Positions 46,136 to 60,470 of a stretch of 64,000 nt of DNA are shown here, piece by piece; the first letter of the stretch is position 1; every line of letters starts with the position of its first letter. Made by a program: the position numbers and the translations under genes. The DNA comes from the human T2T-CHM13v2.0 reference genome, Homo sapiens. The notes beneath the pieces are model-generated. The model searched no databases, had not been told where the DNA came from, and saw nothing but the letters and a program-made list of their open reading frames with translations. The stretch lies in assembly GCF_009914755.1 (NCBI RefSeq), contig NC_060936.1; one strand, written 5' to 3'.

Positions 46136-47209
46136 TACATGGCCATTAGTACTCCTTGAAAAACCATTGAATCCTTAGCAATTCCTTGTAGAGCTATTGA
46201 TTCAATCTGATTTCATCTGAGCATGAGCAACCTTGCTCTCCCAGTCATGTCCCTGTGATGATTTTTATCTTTCTGCACAAATATATCTACTTCCCACATG
46301 CCCATGCACGTATGTCAGTGTGTATAATCCCAACTCCAGTAAATACTTTGCTTAGACAAGAGACAGCAGACACGCACTCATCAAATCCATGCTTGCAACC
46401 AGGAGAGAAAGCAGCTGTCATTGCTTTCGCACACATGTTTATTGATGATGCAGATTAAACTTTAATCATATTGCACAGTTTCAATTTCCAATTGAAATTG
46501 AAAGTCTGAGCCATGTATAGGTTTTTATTACCATCCACTTACACTGCTGATGGAAGCGATCGGAGGGGAGCCATCTTCCTGGGCCTCAGGTGGGGCGGCT
46601 GGGTCATAAATCAAATTAATACTGCAATGTAGCAGAGGTGTTAATGCACAATAGGAGATGAGAGGGGTTAGGAGCAATTTAGGGAGTGGGGGACCTTGTC
46701 GTCAGGGTGGAATGGTGCATGACGTGCACGGCTCCAAAGTGAAGAGTGGGGCTTCTGCCTCCAGTTATCTCTGTAGTGTTTTTATAAGCAAAGAAAAATG
46801 CTATTTAACCATGCTTAGGTTAACAGTTTGGAAAACTGTTGCAGTAGCGAAAGTTCCTCCTGAGGAAGAGATCGGCTTCTGCTTGTGAGTGTTTTAAGGT
46901 GTATATCCTTAAGAGCAGCAGACACTGCCAAAAGGGATTACAGTTGGTATTAGACCAAAAGAAATTTCTGCAAACTTTTTTTAGTATTACTGTAATAATA
47001 CCCATTGCCCAAAATGTGGATATCCGTATGCCCACAAATACAGAACACTGATGTCCGTGATTTTTACCTGGGCTTTTATTCTAGGGCTAGAAAGGTCACT
47101 CATCTTTTTGGGGGAGATGGCAGTATCCATGAAGTTGTCTTGGGTATCAGGCTGGTACCAGATCAAGAAGTAGAAATTAAGCAAGACTTCATGCCCCAAG
47201 TGGAGAATA

Positions 47210-47860
<651 letters not shown>

Positions 47861-48489
47861 CATCATGTAGAAACCCCACTCTGAAGAACAGATCTGTGAG
47901 AAAACCCACCTGTGTTGGGAGGCTCAAAGTTGAGTTGCTAACCAGTGAATTCAGTGTCTGTGAACTGAAGAACTTTGGGGCTCATGACAAATCAGAGGGC
48001 CGGATGAATAGCTGCCAGGGTGAATCAGTGATTGGATACTGTTTATAAGGGATCCACTCTGGGGTAGACTTTTGGGATGCAAAAATGAAAAGATAGCCCT
48101 GTTCCAAGGAATTGTAGTCTACAGGGGAAATCCATTGTTTTACATAAGTTTTGCTCAGCTCCTCAGTGTCCTTCACTGCAAGTCTCTAGTTTGCTCAGAC
48201 CTCTTTCCCAACATGAGAACTCACATAGGGGTGGAAGCCTGGCTTCTTCCCCAAGCCCCTAACCCTTGTATGGCTTTGTTTTTGCTCAGCTCTATCAAAA
48301 ACACCATGGGAGAAACAGCTTGAGTTCTGCCTTGTACATCCTTAAAGAGCCTGGCAATCTTCCTTCACCTAAAACAAATGCTTAAGTCAGCACAAGAAAA
48401 TCCCCATCACTGGCAGGTAGAAAGGGGAAATGGGAGGAAAAAATCTGAGCTAAAATATCTAAAATCCCAGCAGGATTACTAAAGATAAT

Positions 48490-48740
48490 AGCGGCCCCAC
48501 TGGCCTGCATTGTACGATCATAGTCCCCGCTATGTGCTGAATATTTCACTGGGTGCATTGGTTATCATATCTGATTTAATCTTTCAAGGAAGGTGGAATA
48601 ATCCCCATTTTACAGAAGAAGAAACAGGCTCTGAAAGGGTAAAGCATCTGCCCAGAATCACACAGCTAGAATCTCAGGGCACAGATGTGTATGTCTAATT
48701 CCAAGTGCAGGCATTTTCAACTCAGCAACGTTGTCTCTGT
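48490..48740 (-). mobile_element. MIR
   Basis: atccccattttacagaagaagaaacaggctc. Confidence 0.7.
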
Positions 48741-49199
48741 TTTCATTATAAATTTTAACCTCTCTTACCTTCTTGAATAAGTAATATCTGCAAATGTTAT
48801 AAAGTCCAAAGGTGCAGCAGTGTACAGAGCAAAGTCTGCTTCTCAGGGCTGTCTCCTAGCCCCCAAACTCAACTGTGAACATTCCTGAGAGGAAAAGGTG
48901 AGAGATCTATGAACTTTATCCTCTGTGAGTTTCCAGGTCAGCTGAGCAGCTAGAAAAGCAACTCAGAAGCAAACTTACTGGAAAAAAAAAAGAGAGAGAT
49001 GGTGTTATAGGTGCCTTCCAAGATGGATACAAATGCTCTGGGAAAACAGCTGCAATATTTTCAGATATTAGAGAAGGAAAATCATGAATACTTGCTTGTA
49101 GGAAGTGGTATTAGATCTGTCATTGGAAGTACAGAATGTGGATAAGAGAGTAGGGAGGAAGATTTGAGAAGAATGTCATTTATTTTGTGTCTTTTCTGT

Positions 49200-49306
49200 C
49201 CCAGGGTCTTCCAGACTCTGTTCACTTTTCCTGAAGCATATGCTTTCTTTCCCCCTAGCCAGACCAAATCCTACTTATTCTTTTAATCCAAGCTGGAGTG
49301 TCTCAT

Positions 49307-49348
<42 letters not shown>

Positions 49349-49865
49349 AGACGGAGTCTCGCTCTGTCACCCAGGCTGGAGTGCAATGGCGCAATCTCAG
49401 CTCACTTCAAGCTCTGCCTCCCGGGCTTACGCCATTCTCTGCCTCAGCCTCCTGAGTAGCTGGGGCTACAGGCGCCTGGCACCATGCCTGGCTAATTTTT
49501 TGGTTTTTAGTAGAGACGGGGTTTCATCATGTTAGCCAGGATGGTCTTAATCTCCTGACCTCGTGATCCGCCTGCCTCGGCCTCCCCAAGTGCTGGGATT
49601 ACAGGTGTGAGCCGCCGTGCCAGGCCTGGAGTGTCTGATTCTTAAGAAAACCTTTCCTGATAAGCCATACTAGGTTAGCCACCCCTCTTATGCAGACTCT
49701 GATGTGCTGTCTTAGTGTATGGTGCATTTTTATTTGTAGAACTTACCACACTTTGAGTTATTTGGGTAATTCTCTGAATATGTCTGTCTCTTTCTTCTAG
49801 ACTGGAAGTCCCATGTTAGCAGGAACTGAGCCTTTCTTGTTCACTGCTGCATCCCTAAATACATA
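49200..49865 (+). mobile_element. L2 3' region interrupted by AluY
   Basis: aaatcctacttattctt; ctagactggaagtcccatg...ttgttcactgctgcatcc. Confidence 0.6.
49309..49626 (-). mobile_element. AluY with pure T39 tail
   Basis: caagctctgcctcccggg...acgccattctc and gttagccaggatggtc diagnostics; TSD tggagtgtct(c/g)attctt. Confidence 0.93.
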
Positions 49866-50009
49866 GTTGAGAATCGGTGAATATAACCTGGGTTCAGTCC
49901 TCACTCTGGCACGAACTTGGGCTACTGGCACTACCTTGGGCATGACCTTGGCTCTGGCTGAACAACCTTGGGCAAGTGAATTAAACTCTCATTGTTATTT
50001 TTAATTATA

Positions 50010-50830
50010 ATAACAAACACTTTAATAACATTTTTTATATGTCAGGCCCCAACCTAGGTGGTTTTACATATAACAACCATTTACTATATATAACAAACTT
50101 TTGGGGTAGGTACTGGTGTCACCATTTTACAGATGAGAATATTGAGACCCAATATGGAAGGCAGACTTCTAAGATGGTCTCCACTGATTCCCACCTCCTG
50201 GAATGCATGCTCTTTTTTGCCTTTTCCCCCGAATGTGAACTAGACTAGTGACTTACTTCTAGTCAACAGAATATGGCGAATATGTTGGGATATCAGGTCC
50301 ATGATTAGGTTCCAGAAGACTGTGATTTTGTCTTGCTAGCCGACTCTTTTAATTGCCTTCTCAGCTTGCAGGCTTTGATGAAGCAAGCTGCCATTTGTAG
50401 ATGTTCATGTAGCAAGAGCCTGAAGGTGGCTTCCTACTAACAGCTTTGTAAGAATGGAGGCCCACAGTCCAACAACCCTCAGAGAACTAAAGGAAGCCAA
50501 ATGTGGGTGAGCTTGAAGGTATATCCTCCCCCAGTCAGCCAATGAGATGACCAAATCCCTGGTTCACACCTTGATTTAAGGCAGATGAGAAGACCCAGCT
50601 AAGCAATGCTCACATTCCTGACCCACAGAAGCTGTCAGATCATAAATGTGCATTGTTTTAAGCTACAAGGTTGTAGGGTTGTATGTTACACAGCAATTGG
50701 TGACTAATACAAGAAAGATTAAGTCACTTGCCTAAGATTGCTCAGTAAGTAGAGAACCTTGATCTGAACTCAAAGAATTCGGCTCAGGAAAAGTTCACGC
50801 TATTAAGGACCATATTCTATTGCCTTACTG
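50010..50830 (-). mobile_element. MIR interrupted by the MLT1F LTR
   Basis: ccattttacagatgagaatattgagacc, resuming at agaaagattaagtcacttgcctaag. Confidence 0.7.
50154..50711 (+). mobile_element. MLT1F-like MaLR solo LTR
   Basis: ggcagacttctaagatggtc...attcccacctcctgg; cctgacccacagaa; actaataca end. Confidence 0.8.
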
Positions 50831-52389
50831 TAATCTGGTAAGGGATGCTTCTGGTACATACTTCAAAGGCTTTTCTAGAAATTAAATGCTACCATGAATG
50901 TAGAAATGCCTGGCAGAGTCCATGACACACAGTAAGTGCTTAGTGAATGTCAGCTGTAATTATTATTATCCTCGTTGTTATTTGGTACCTTCAAGACATG
51001 AGCAAAGAAAAGGGAAAACCCCATAAACATGAAGTCAGAAAAGACACTCATAGTAGCCTTGAGAGAGCAGCCATTTTCCTTCATTAAGAACCATTCCAAG
51101 GAAGGTATTTAATAAAACATTCATGAGCTACCACTGCCTGAAAGGCTGAAATGGCAGCCCCCGCAGTGACCCACAACTTTAGGCAGATGTACTTTCTTGG
51201 TCTCTCTTTCTCCTTTCTAGCATTATCAGGGAAGCCCCCGAGAGCAAGGAGGGAAAGAATAGTCTGAAACTAAGTAGATATATTAGCTGGAAAGGAATAG
51301 ATTTGGAAATTCTAAACAACACTCCCAGGATACAGTTTTCCTCCAGAGTTACAGCATCACAAGCAGAACTGATGCGGGCTTTTAAAGACTGCTTTCCTCC
51401 CGATTTTTAGGGAGCCACAGGACAGAGGATATTTCTGGAGGCTGTACCAGGGGGAAAACTGTCAATATTATTCGGTGACCTTTCCCCTTTCACAGAGTTC
51501 AGGACCAGGGATTCCAAGGGCTGAGACAGTGGGTGAGGATACCATGTCCTGATAATCTCTGACTTGGGGACCCAACAGAAGGGAGGAGAACATGTAACTG
51601 CGTTCAGAGATCTGTCATCTCCCTACTCACGATGGGTACTGATGATAGAAGAGTCATAACATTATTAACAGGAAAACCTAATGTTCAAATGGAATTGGAA
51701 TGCATCCTTTCCAAGGCAGAAAAATGTGAAATATATTCTGGCTTCCTCTTTATCTTCCCCACTAGGAATTTGCATGAAGCTGAATTATCCATGTTTACAT
51801 AATGTCCTCTATTAGCTTTTCTCAGTTAATTTTTAGTATATCATCTCTGATTCTACTTTTTTTGCCTCCCCTGATGGAGACCTAGTTTTCTTCTTGGTAA
51901 GTATGTATACTCTAAATAATTTAAGACTCTTGATATATGACTACTGGCCTTTAGGAAAGCACAAATACATTTACAACATTATAAGAATCTGAGAAATGCA
52001 GAATGTTTGAAGACACTGATGACTGGTCTGTTAGCAACATACCTTGAAATGTCAAAACTTATATTCAGAGAAGTCAGTGCTTGAATTCTTCCCTTACTTG
52101 TTACTGCTTCTACCTTTTCATTATATAGTGTGGGTTGTTATGGTGATGGGAAACTGGAATATTGAGAGGCTCTTGGAGAAAATATCTATGTGAAATGATC
52201 CATTTCTAAGTCAAGTTGGGGATGGCAAATATTCTACTATGGCCTAATCAGTCAAGCATCATAAGGTTAAAAATATACCTAAATGTTACTTGACGTATAC
52301 GGCTTTGTCTTCTTTAAAGTGCTTGAGACTCAAAGGGTTTGATGCTGTAGGACAGGGAGGGTCCTTCATGTACACAGGGATTTATTTAG

Positions 52390-52601
52390 TACGGGTTGGC
52401 AAACTGCAACCATTTATCAAAAAAGCCAGCCACTTTTTTGGTAAATAAATTTCTATTGGAACACAGCTACACTTTTTTTTTTTACATGTTAACTAAGATT
52501 GTTTTTGTGCTATAACAGCAGAGTAGTCATGAAAGAGGCCATATGGCTTGCAAAGCCTAAAATATTTACTATCTGGCTAACTAAATGTTTGCCAACCCCT
52601 G
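52390..52601 (+). mobile_element. MER58A hAT MITE
   Basis: TIRs gggttggcaaac / gtttgccaacccctg; aagcctaaaatatttactatctgg. Confidence 0.85.
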
Positions 52602-53097
52602 ATGGGGTCATAGCCATGGAAGAAGCATGGTCCTGCTGCAATTGAAGTTGAGAAATATGAGTTTCAAAGACCTGAGCTCATATCTCCTCCTCTTGACTAA
52701 CTAGCTATGTGAACTTGAATGCACCTATGCCCTACCTTGGTCTATCTCATTTACACAATGCAAATACTTCTGTCCATAGCTGACATCCTGCTCTAGGACA
52801 GGGTCTATTATTCTTTAACCTTTCTTTTATTTCCTCTTTCATTCCCAAAAGAATGTTGCTGATATATATAGCAGGATCTGAGCACATTTGTTGAATGAAT
52901 GTGTGTGCAACATAATTATATCACAGAGCTGTCATTAGGCTCAAATGGTATAACAGTGCACACAATGTGAGACATATAACATGCTCCAGGCACCAGAGGC
53001 TATTTTAGACAGATCCATTTCTGGCTTGAAAGCTAGGGTCAGAGGAAATAGGGATTAGTTCACATGTTCTCCTCGACCTTTGTGGCTGAATTTCCTT

Positions 53098-53660
53098 TGT
53101 TTCAGTTGGGTTCTTTCAGTTGCAAGACAGAGACTCCTTCAAGTTACCTTTTTAAAAAGCAGTTTATTATTAGGAGCTGTGAACTGTAATTAGAACTGGA
53201 AAGTTTTCAGCACCTACAGCTGTTTTAGGAATCAGTCTCTCTTTCATTCTCTCTCTCTTGTCCTCTCTAATTATTTGTTCAATTCTCCTTTCTCTCGATT
53301 ATGTTTTCCCTCATATTCTTCTTCTTTTTTGCTCATGTAGAAATTTGGTTTATTCATGATTTTGCCTGCCATGTCTCAAGGTGTCTTTTCATCCTCAGTC
53401 CTTATGCTATCTCAATTTCCCAGCTTGATAATGCTCAGTACTCCAGAGGAATCTGATTGGCCAAAGAGATCTTTTTATCCCAGATGATACAGGTCCCAAG
53501 TCACTGGCCACAGGTTGGATCCATCATACTTGTGTCGCAGAGTCCATACAATGCCCCAATTAGCTGGCAAGGTGGAAGGAGGTTGCTGAAGCAATAGGGA
53601 TTGTGAGACAGACAGTTTCCTTAAATGGGTGTGTGGGAATAAGCACTGACTGACATCCCT
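53098..53660 (-). mobile_element. old MaLR/ERVL LTR remnant
   Basis: tgtttcagttgggttctttcagttgcaag; gaatctgattggcc. Confidence 0.4.
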
Positions 53661-54091
53661 ATTCCTCTCTTTGCTCCTTCTTGTTCCTTTTTATAGGTTC
53701 TGCCTAATAATGGATTCAGAAACAGAACTTCTTACCTTTGTGGCATGTGAGTGTTGTCAATTAAAGGCAGAAGACAAATTTTACAAGCCTCTAATTTGTT
53801 TCCTGACTTATGGGCCATTGGAAAGCCATGGGATTTTCAGACACAGTATCCCTGCAATATCTGTGAGGTTTCCTCTCCATGTCGTTTGTGACATTGGGCC
53901 AGTCTGTAGAGATAAGGAAGGGGGAACATGTGACTGAGCACCCAGACCCCCTGGGAAATCAGACAGAGAAACTGGGTTCCAGGAAGACTTGTATCAGGAA
54001 GGCCTTTTGAGCCCTGTTAGTCATGCAGGATCTCTACCTCCCTATTGGAGGCTTAATTTATTGGAATCTTTTAATTTACTGGAGGCTGAAG

Positions 54092-54600
54092 GGGAAAAAT
54101 CATTATATAAAAAAGACACATGCACGCGCATGTTTATAGCAGCACAATTCACAGTTGCAAAGATATGGAAACAACCTAAGTGCCCATCAACCAATGAGTG
54201 GATAAAGAAAATGTGGTATATCTACACCATGGAATACTATTCATCCATAAAAAGAAGCAAAATAATGTATTTTACAGCAACTCAGATGGAGCTGGAGGCC
54301 ATTTTTCTAAGTGAAACAATGTAGGAATGGAAAACCAAAAATCATATGTTCTCACTTATACGTGGGAGCTAAGCTATGCGGATGCAAAGGCATAAGAATA
54401 ATATAATGACCTTTGCATACTCAGGGGGAAGGGTGGGAAGAGAGTGAGGGATAAACGACTACATATTAGGTACAGTGTACCCTGCTCAAGTGGCAGATGC
54501 ACTAAAATCTTAGAAATTACCACTAAGAACTTATCCATATAACCAAAAACCACCTGAACTCCCCCAAAACTATTGAAATTAAAATTAAAATTAAAATATA
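54092..54600 (+). mobile_element. L1PB-type 3' end
   Basis: ORF2 C-terminus KDTCTRMFIAAQF...WYIYTMEYY; 3' UTR; TSD tact(g/t)gaggctgaag. Confidence 0.88.
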
Positions 54601-54884
54601 TATATTGTACTTGAGGCTGAAGCCAAGCAAAAGAGGCAAGGAATTTGTTTCCTTTGGCAGCTGTCTCCAGTTAGCTTTTCACCACCTCTAGGGCTTGTCA
54701 TCTTCATGATTCTACACTGAAATTTCTCCCCCTCCTTTTTCTCACTAGACATTACATTCATCTGGGTTCTTTTCCTTGGAAGAGTCTAAGTAATAAATGT
54801 GATAAATTACCTGTCACTGGAAGAGAGTTTCAAAGCCTAGGTGATGTTCACCTCTTGCCTTACCTCTTGCTCCTCAACTCAACA

Positions 54885-55340
54885 GCATCAATTAGAGATC
54901 CTGTAAGCTAATCGAGAAACAGATTCAGGCTAATTTAAGCAGAAAGTGAACTTATTAGAATGATATTAGAAGGATATTGGATCATAGAATCAATGAGAAG
55001 GCTGGAAAACTCAGCGTAGAAGAAGAGAGGAATGCTCTGATATTGGTAGTGTCAAGTGGACCACTTTCTTAAAAGGGTGTCACTCTGGAAGAAGTGGTGT
55101 CAACTGCCTTTTCCTCCTTATGACACTACATTCAAGATCCACAAAAGCTACATCAGGAAAGGGCTGATTGGTCACCCTTGGGCTATAGACTCTTGGGTGG
55201 GGGAGGAAAATTGCCTTGACTTTTGGTATCATTAAGACTACACACATCAAAGGAGAGGAAATTCTCCCAAAAGAAAATTTAAAACTATTATGAAAGCCAG
55301 ATGCAATGGATGTGAAGCAGAGGTGGGGGGCATACCAAAA
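54885..55340 (-). mobile_element. old MLT1-like LTR remnant
   Basis: caggctaatttaagcagaaag...ttatt; ctgattggtca; gaaattctcccaaaagaaaat. Confidence 0.45.
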
Positions 55341-55789
55341 CCAACAAATGTTCTCTTCTCTAAACCAGAGACTGTAACAGTAGGGATCTCAAACAACAGA
55401 GGTGATGACAGGAGGATGGCAGAAGGCCGCCCCATTCAGATCACATCCTATCAGCATCAGATGGCATTTTGTCAGACACTTCACACATTTTAAGAATTGA
55501 GTGGTGTTCTTTGCTCCTAAGACAGTTTCTGTTCACTGAAGCCAGTCCAGCATGTAATCGGAGCAGATAGACATCTACAAGCTGTGGTTTGATGAGTTCT
55601 TAGAAGCACTCCCTTTTTTGCCTCTGGTCACTTCTTGATGCCTGGAATCACACCACACTCGAGCCATCTCTTTGGATTCAGTAGAGCAATCTCCATTCCC
55701 TCTTTTCAAATGGTAGATGCCTCTAGGAAGAGCAAGATTATGAGTCCCTAACATCTCAGATTGAACACATTTTTAGCTCAGTAGCATTA

Positions 55790-56100
55790 AATCAATTCAA
55801 GAGAACACATATTGATCATCTACTGTATACCAGACACTATGACGTGTGTGGCATTTAATGGCAAACAAGATAGGAGCCCCTGAACTCACTGACCTTATGA
55901 ACTAGCAGAAAGGACGGACACATCAAAATGCAATGATAATAAAGTGATAAGAGTTTTGAGAGCATAGTTTCCTGGGAAAAAAAAGAGGGGAGTCAGAACA
56001 GAGGAGGCAGGAGAAGAAAAGGGGAGTTTTGTGACTTTTTTGGAGTGAGATGAAGCTCTCTCCAAAAAAGTTCAGTGCCCTACCTTCTGCTAAGCACTCT
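55790..56100 (-). mobile_element. L2 fragment
   Basis: tattgatcatctactgtataccagacact. Confidence 0.5.
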
Positions 56101-56814
56101 CCAGGGTGCTGAAACACCTCAGCTGGGCTCTTTTTCATCTTCCCCTCCTATTGGAGCTCAGTGTAAGAATCTCAGTATAATCTCAGACCTGAGACCTGCA
56201 ATAAGCACTTTTGGCAGATCCATGTGTTTAAAGACAAGTAAGAAAACCCTTGCTTATTCCAGAGGCTGCCAACCAGCATGGGGTACGATGACCCAGGCTG
56301 TTTTACCCAGCTGTTTGCTCTATATCTTGCAATTAAATATTACTTTAGTATCTTTTTCCTTCTACCAGATCATTAATTCTCATTATTTTGGCATCTAAAC
56401 ATTTTTTCATGAGCATCAGACAGCTGGGTTTTAGAGCGAATGGCTTCAAAGAATGAATCTGTCAAGGCTATGATATATGAGTTTAAATCATTTCTTGCCT
56501 GTATTTTTTAAAGGAACCCATTTCCCCCTTTTCCTATTCCTCAAAGCATGAGGCTAATGTGGTTACACTAACAAAATTAGCTCATCACTTACTAATTGTT
56601 AATTTAATTTTTAATTGTCCATTAAATCAGGCTCTGAGCTGTTTATATTTTAATTTTTAATGTCAGGGAGTTAAATTGCTTTCCAAATGAGGGTTACAAG
56701 AGAAGGCTATTCCTGACTCTCAAAACAAGTGAAATCATCTGAAGTCATAAACATGATACTGCTGTTTTCTGGGGAACAAGGCAGAGTGTGGACAAAGCAT
56801 GGGGAATTAAGATA

Positions 56815-57070
56815 ATTCTAAGTATTTATTGAATACTCACTATGTACCAAACTCTGTGCTAAGTGCTTTAGATGTATTACCTCATTGATTCCTTAATAAA
56901 TTATATGATGTAGCTTTTATTCTTACTGTCATTATATATATGGGAGAACTGAGGCTCAGAGAGGGGAAGACATGAACTTAAGATTCACAGCTAGTAACTG
57001 GTTGAGCAAGGAATTGATCCAGTCTCTCTTACTCTGATTCTAGTACTTTGAACTAGAATGCTATACTACC
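56815..57070 (-). mobile_element. MIR
   Basis: atttattgaatactcactatgtacca; gagaactgaggctcagagaggg. Confidence 0.8.
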
Positions 57071-57215
57071 TTGTTTGAAGATGTTGCACTGAGGAAAGGA
57101 TGGGAAAAGATATGAGGGTGGGAAGATAGTGTAGAATAATTGGGACAGTGAGACCTCAGAGGGATACTCATGGACTCCCCAAAGCCAACTCTCTGGGTCT
57201 CAGATTAAGAATTCC

Positions 57216-57507
57216 AGCCAGGCTCAGTGGCTCAAACCTGTAATCCCAGCACTTTGGGAGGCCAAGGCAGGAGGATTGCTTGAGCCCAGGAGTTTGAGAT
57301 CAGCCTGGGAGAGATAGTGAGACCCTGTCTCTACAGAAACCAAATACACAATAGCCAGGTGTGGTGGTGCCTGTCTGTAGTCCCAGTTACTTGGGAGGCT
57401 GAGGTGTGAGGATCACCTGAACCCAGAGTTTGAGACTGAAGCGATCTGTGATTGCATTGCTGTACTTCAGCCTGAGTGACAGAGCAAGGCACTGTCAAAA
57501 AAAAAAT
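57216..57507 (+). mobile_element. AluJ
   Basis: ggaggattgcttgagcccaggagtttgag; TSD-like aa(g/a)aattc. Confidence 0.9.
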
Positions 57508-57775
57508 TCTAGACAAGCTAATCTAAACAAGCCTGTTTGGGCTATTGCATTCTCAAATTCTGTGACATTTCACCTGTAGCTAAGTGCTATTACTAGCTGA
57601 AGTTCTCGTGGACAGAGAAGAGGTGGAGCTGGGGGCATCAGTGCTGTTAAAACCAGAGAAGCCAAAGTGATGCCCCCTCTTGGGTCCTTTCTCTGGTTCT
57701 TTGTAGGACAGAGAAGAATGGTGAAAGATGAGGTCCCATTGCCTAGCTAGTTGCACAAACAGTGTTGTGTAGGGC

Positions 57776-57821
57776 TGTGTGTGTGTATGTGTTTGTGTGT
57801 GCATGTGTGTGTGTTTGTGTG
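57776..57821. repeat. imperfect (TG)n
   Basis: direct reading. Confidence 0.85.
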
Positions 57822-58053
57822 TTGAAGTTCAACAATAAATAAGGGATGTGGAAAGCCAGAGAAAACATATTGCAGAGGAAAGAGGCAGAGTGGGCAAAAC
57901 CTACATCAGCTTCTGAAACTATTAGTTCTTTTGAGAGCATCTCTCAGGTAACCTTTTGAGAGTATCTCTAAATATCCCTAGGAGGAGCAACAATTCAAAC
58001 TAACCCACAACTGGGAATTAGATGATGGCTAGCTGAAAACTAAATAAATAGCT

Positions 58054-58098
58054 TTCTCTCTCTCTCTCTCTCGCTCTCTCTTTCTCTCTCTCTCTCTC
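58054..58098. repeat. (TC)n microsatellite
   Basis: direct reading. Confidence 0.9.
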
Positions 58099-58265
58099 TT
58101 TCCTCTTCCCTCCCATTTTCCTCCCTTTTTTCTTTCATGCTTCCTTTTTCTAACAAACACTGGGCATTCTTTAATTTAGGCACTGCGTTCGATGCTGTGG
58201 ATACAGTGGTGCAAAGGGTAACCCTATTCCTGCATATTGGGAATTTACAGTTTAGAAGTTACTCA

Positions 58266-58567
<302 letters not shown>

Positions 58568-58659
58568 TCACAACTGAAAGAGAAAGTATATCATTGCCAG
58601 AGAGATGTCATCAGTTTCACAGCTTTTCCAAGATCTGATTCTTCCATGACATCTTAGGA

Positions 58660-58930
58660 GCATCACAGCACAGAGGTAAAGAGTATGGACTCTGGCAGCA
58701 GACTGCAGGGGTCCAACCCTGTCTGCCCTCTTTCCTTCAAGCTCCTGGACTTTGGGTAAGTTACTTAGCCTCTCTGTGCCTCAGTTTCTTTGTCTGTAAA
58801 GTAGAGATAATAATAGTTTCTACCTCTGATGGTTGTTTTGGCATTAAATAAGTTTATATTTACAAAGTACTTAGGAAAGTGTCTGGCACGTCATAAATGC
58901 TAGGCCAATGTCTGCTGACTAGATAACATT
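58660..58930 (+). mobile_element. MIR
   Basis: gggtaagttacttagcctctctgtgcctcagtttc...ctgtaaa. Confidence 0.82.
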
Positions 58931-59819
58931 TCTTTTGCATATCCTACATAGATTCTGGATTAATAGCCAAGCCTACACTTAGCTGAATTCCTTTTGGGCT
59001 TCCTTATATGCTGGGGGATCTAAAAATAGGAAGGAAGTGGGGCTTTCAAGCTAACTTCTGCTTTTCTTCCCTGACCCCTTATGAACAGGCTCCAGCCACC
59101 ACCAGTCTTACTCTGTACCAGTAGTGCCCAGGGACATTTGTTTTTCAGAATTCTTGGAAACATTACTGGACAGTGAGGTTGCCTGGGTGACGTGGATCAT
59201 TTCCTCATATGCTTGATACCTTTGGCCCAGATTTTATCTTCTGGGAATTAAATGTTTATGCCCTAAATCATGCCCTAAATGAAGAAGTTATATGTATGTA
59301 CCTTGTACATGTTCAGGAATATTAGTCTGGTGGCAAGCCCGACTGGGACCCCAGATGTCTCCAGCTGTCTCTGTCCTTAGGAGAACATTAGGAAAGGTCT
59401 AAAGTAATAAAAGGACAGAATAAAGCCAATATTCTGATCCTGTCTCCTAGAGCACTTTCAGGCCCATCCAACGGCTTCTGATAAACAAGTGAGCCCTAAT
59501 AAGAAACAAGAGGAGCAGTCAATGCAGCTTGGAGGCGTTGGCTAAATTCCCACTGTGATGAAATTTTATATTTTACCCTGGGCTGGGATGGTTTCCAGAG
59601 ATCAGTTTGTGAAAACAGCTATATTGAGCCAACTCTGTTTTCCTAAATAACTGAAATTCAGAGCTCTCTTCTGAGTGGGCAGGGGCTGAGAGAGGAAAGG
59701 GCTCTCCCTGGTGAAAAACAAACCATCTTGGGATCTGATACCACTCAGTTTCCCAGATTATTAACAGGAGATGTGCAGAAAAAGACATTTTCTCAAACCA
59801 GAATGATCTAAAAGATGAC

Positions 59820-60470
59820 AATGGATTTAGGGCTAAGACGTCTTGAGTTTGAGTCCTGGCTCTGTCATTTATTAGGTGAGTGTCTTGGGCAAGTCACTCA
59901 TCTCTTTAAGCCTTAGATTCCTCATCTGTAAAATGGGTATGTTAGTTAGCATAAGGTAGTTATGCTATGGTAACAAACAGAACCCCAGCTCCCATATCTT
60001 GGTGGCTTACAGCAACAAACATTTATTTTTCACTCATATCATATTCTGGCTGTAAAGCAGAGCTCAGCTATGGTTCTGTGGCTCCTTTCCATGTAGATTT
60101 TCATTCTGGGGTCCAGGATGCAGAAGCACCTGGTTGCTATCTTGGCTTTGAGACTAGGAGACAAAGGGTGATGGCAGAGTCATGCAAGATCTCTTAAGCT
60201 TTTGCTCGGATATACTCTGTAATCACCAGTGCTCATATTCTATTTGCCCTGGGGTAGGAATGTTACACTTCTCCCACAGAAAGGCAGTGTAAGTTACATG
60301 GAAGTTAGAGGGTCCTATACCAACTCTCTTACAGAGAAGGCAGCAAATAATTTAGAACAATAATATAGCCTACCCCAGTGGAAATAATAATACTTCTTCT
60401 TCACAGGGTACTTATGAAACCCAAATGAAATCATGCTTATGAAAGTTTATTACAAACTATAAAGTTCACT
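59820..60470 (+). mobile_element. MIR interrupted by an MLT1J/K-like LTR (~59938-60378)
   Basis: MIR core ends at catctgtaaaatggg and resumes at ~60380 aataataatac; LTR motifs atgctatggtaacaaac...ggcttacagcaacaaacatttattt. Confidence 0.65.

Noticed and set aside
46760-47200. Possible pseudogene or ancient retroelement fragment
   Set aside because: Short ORFs on both strands resemble nothing I recognise; needs tblastx/Dfam
49905-49978. Four (a)ccttgg-like motifs with short spacers, superficially array-like
   Set aside because: Local slippage within a MIR core; units are 7-8 bp and irregular, not a CRISPR-like array
57670-57686. CTCF-like motif (minus strand CCAAGAGGGGGCATC)
   Set aside because: Mismatches in the 5' core; too weak without ChIP data
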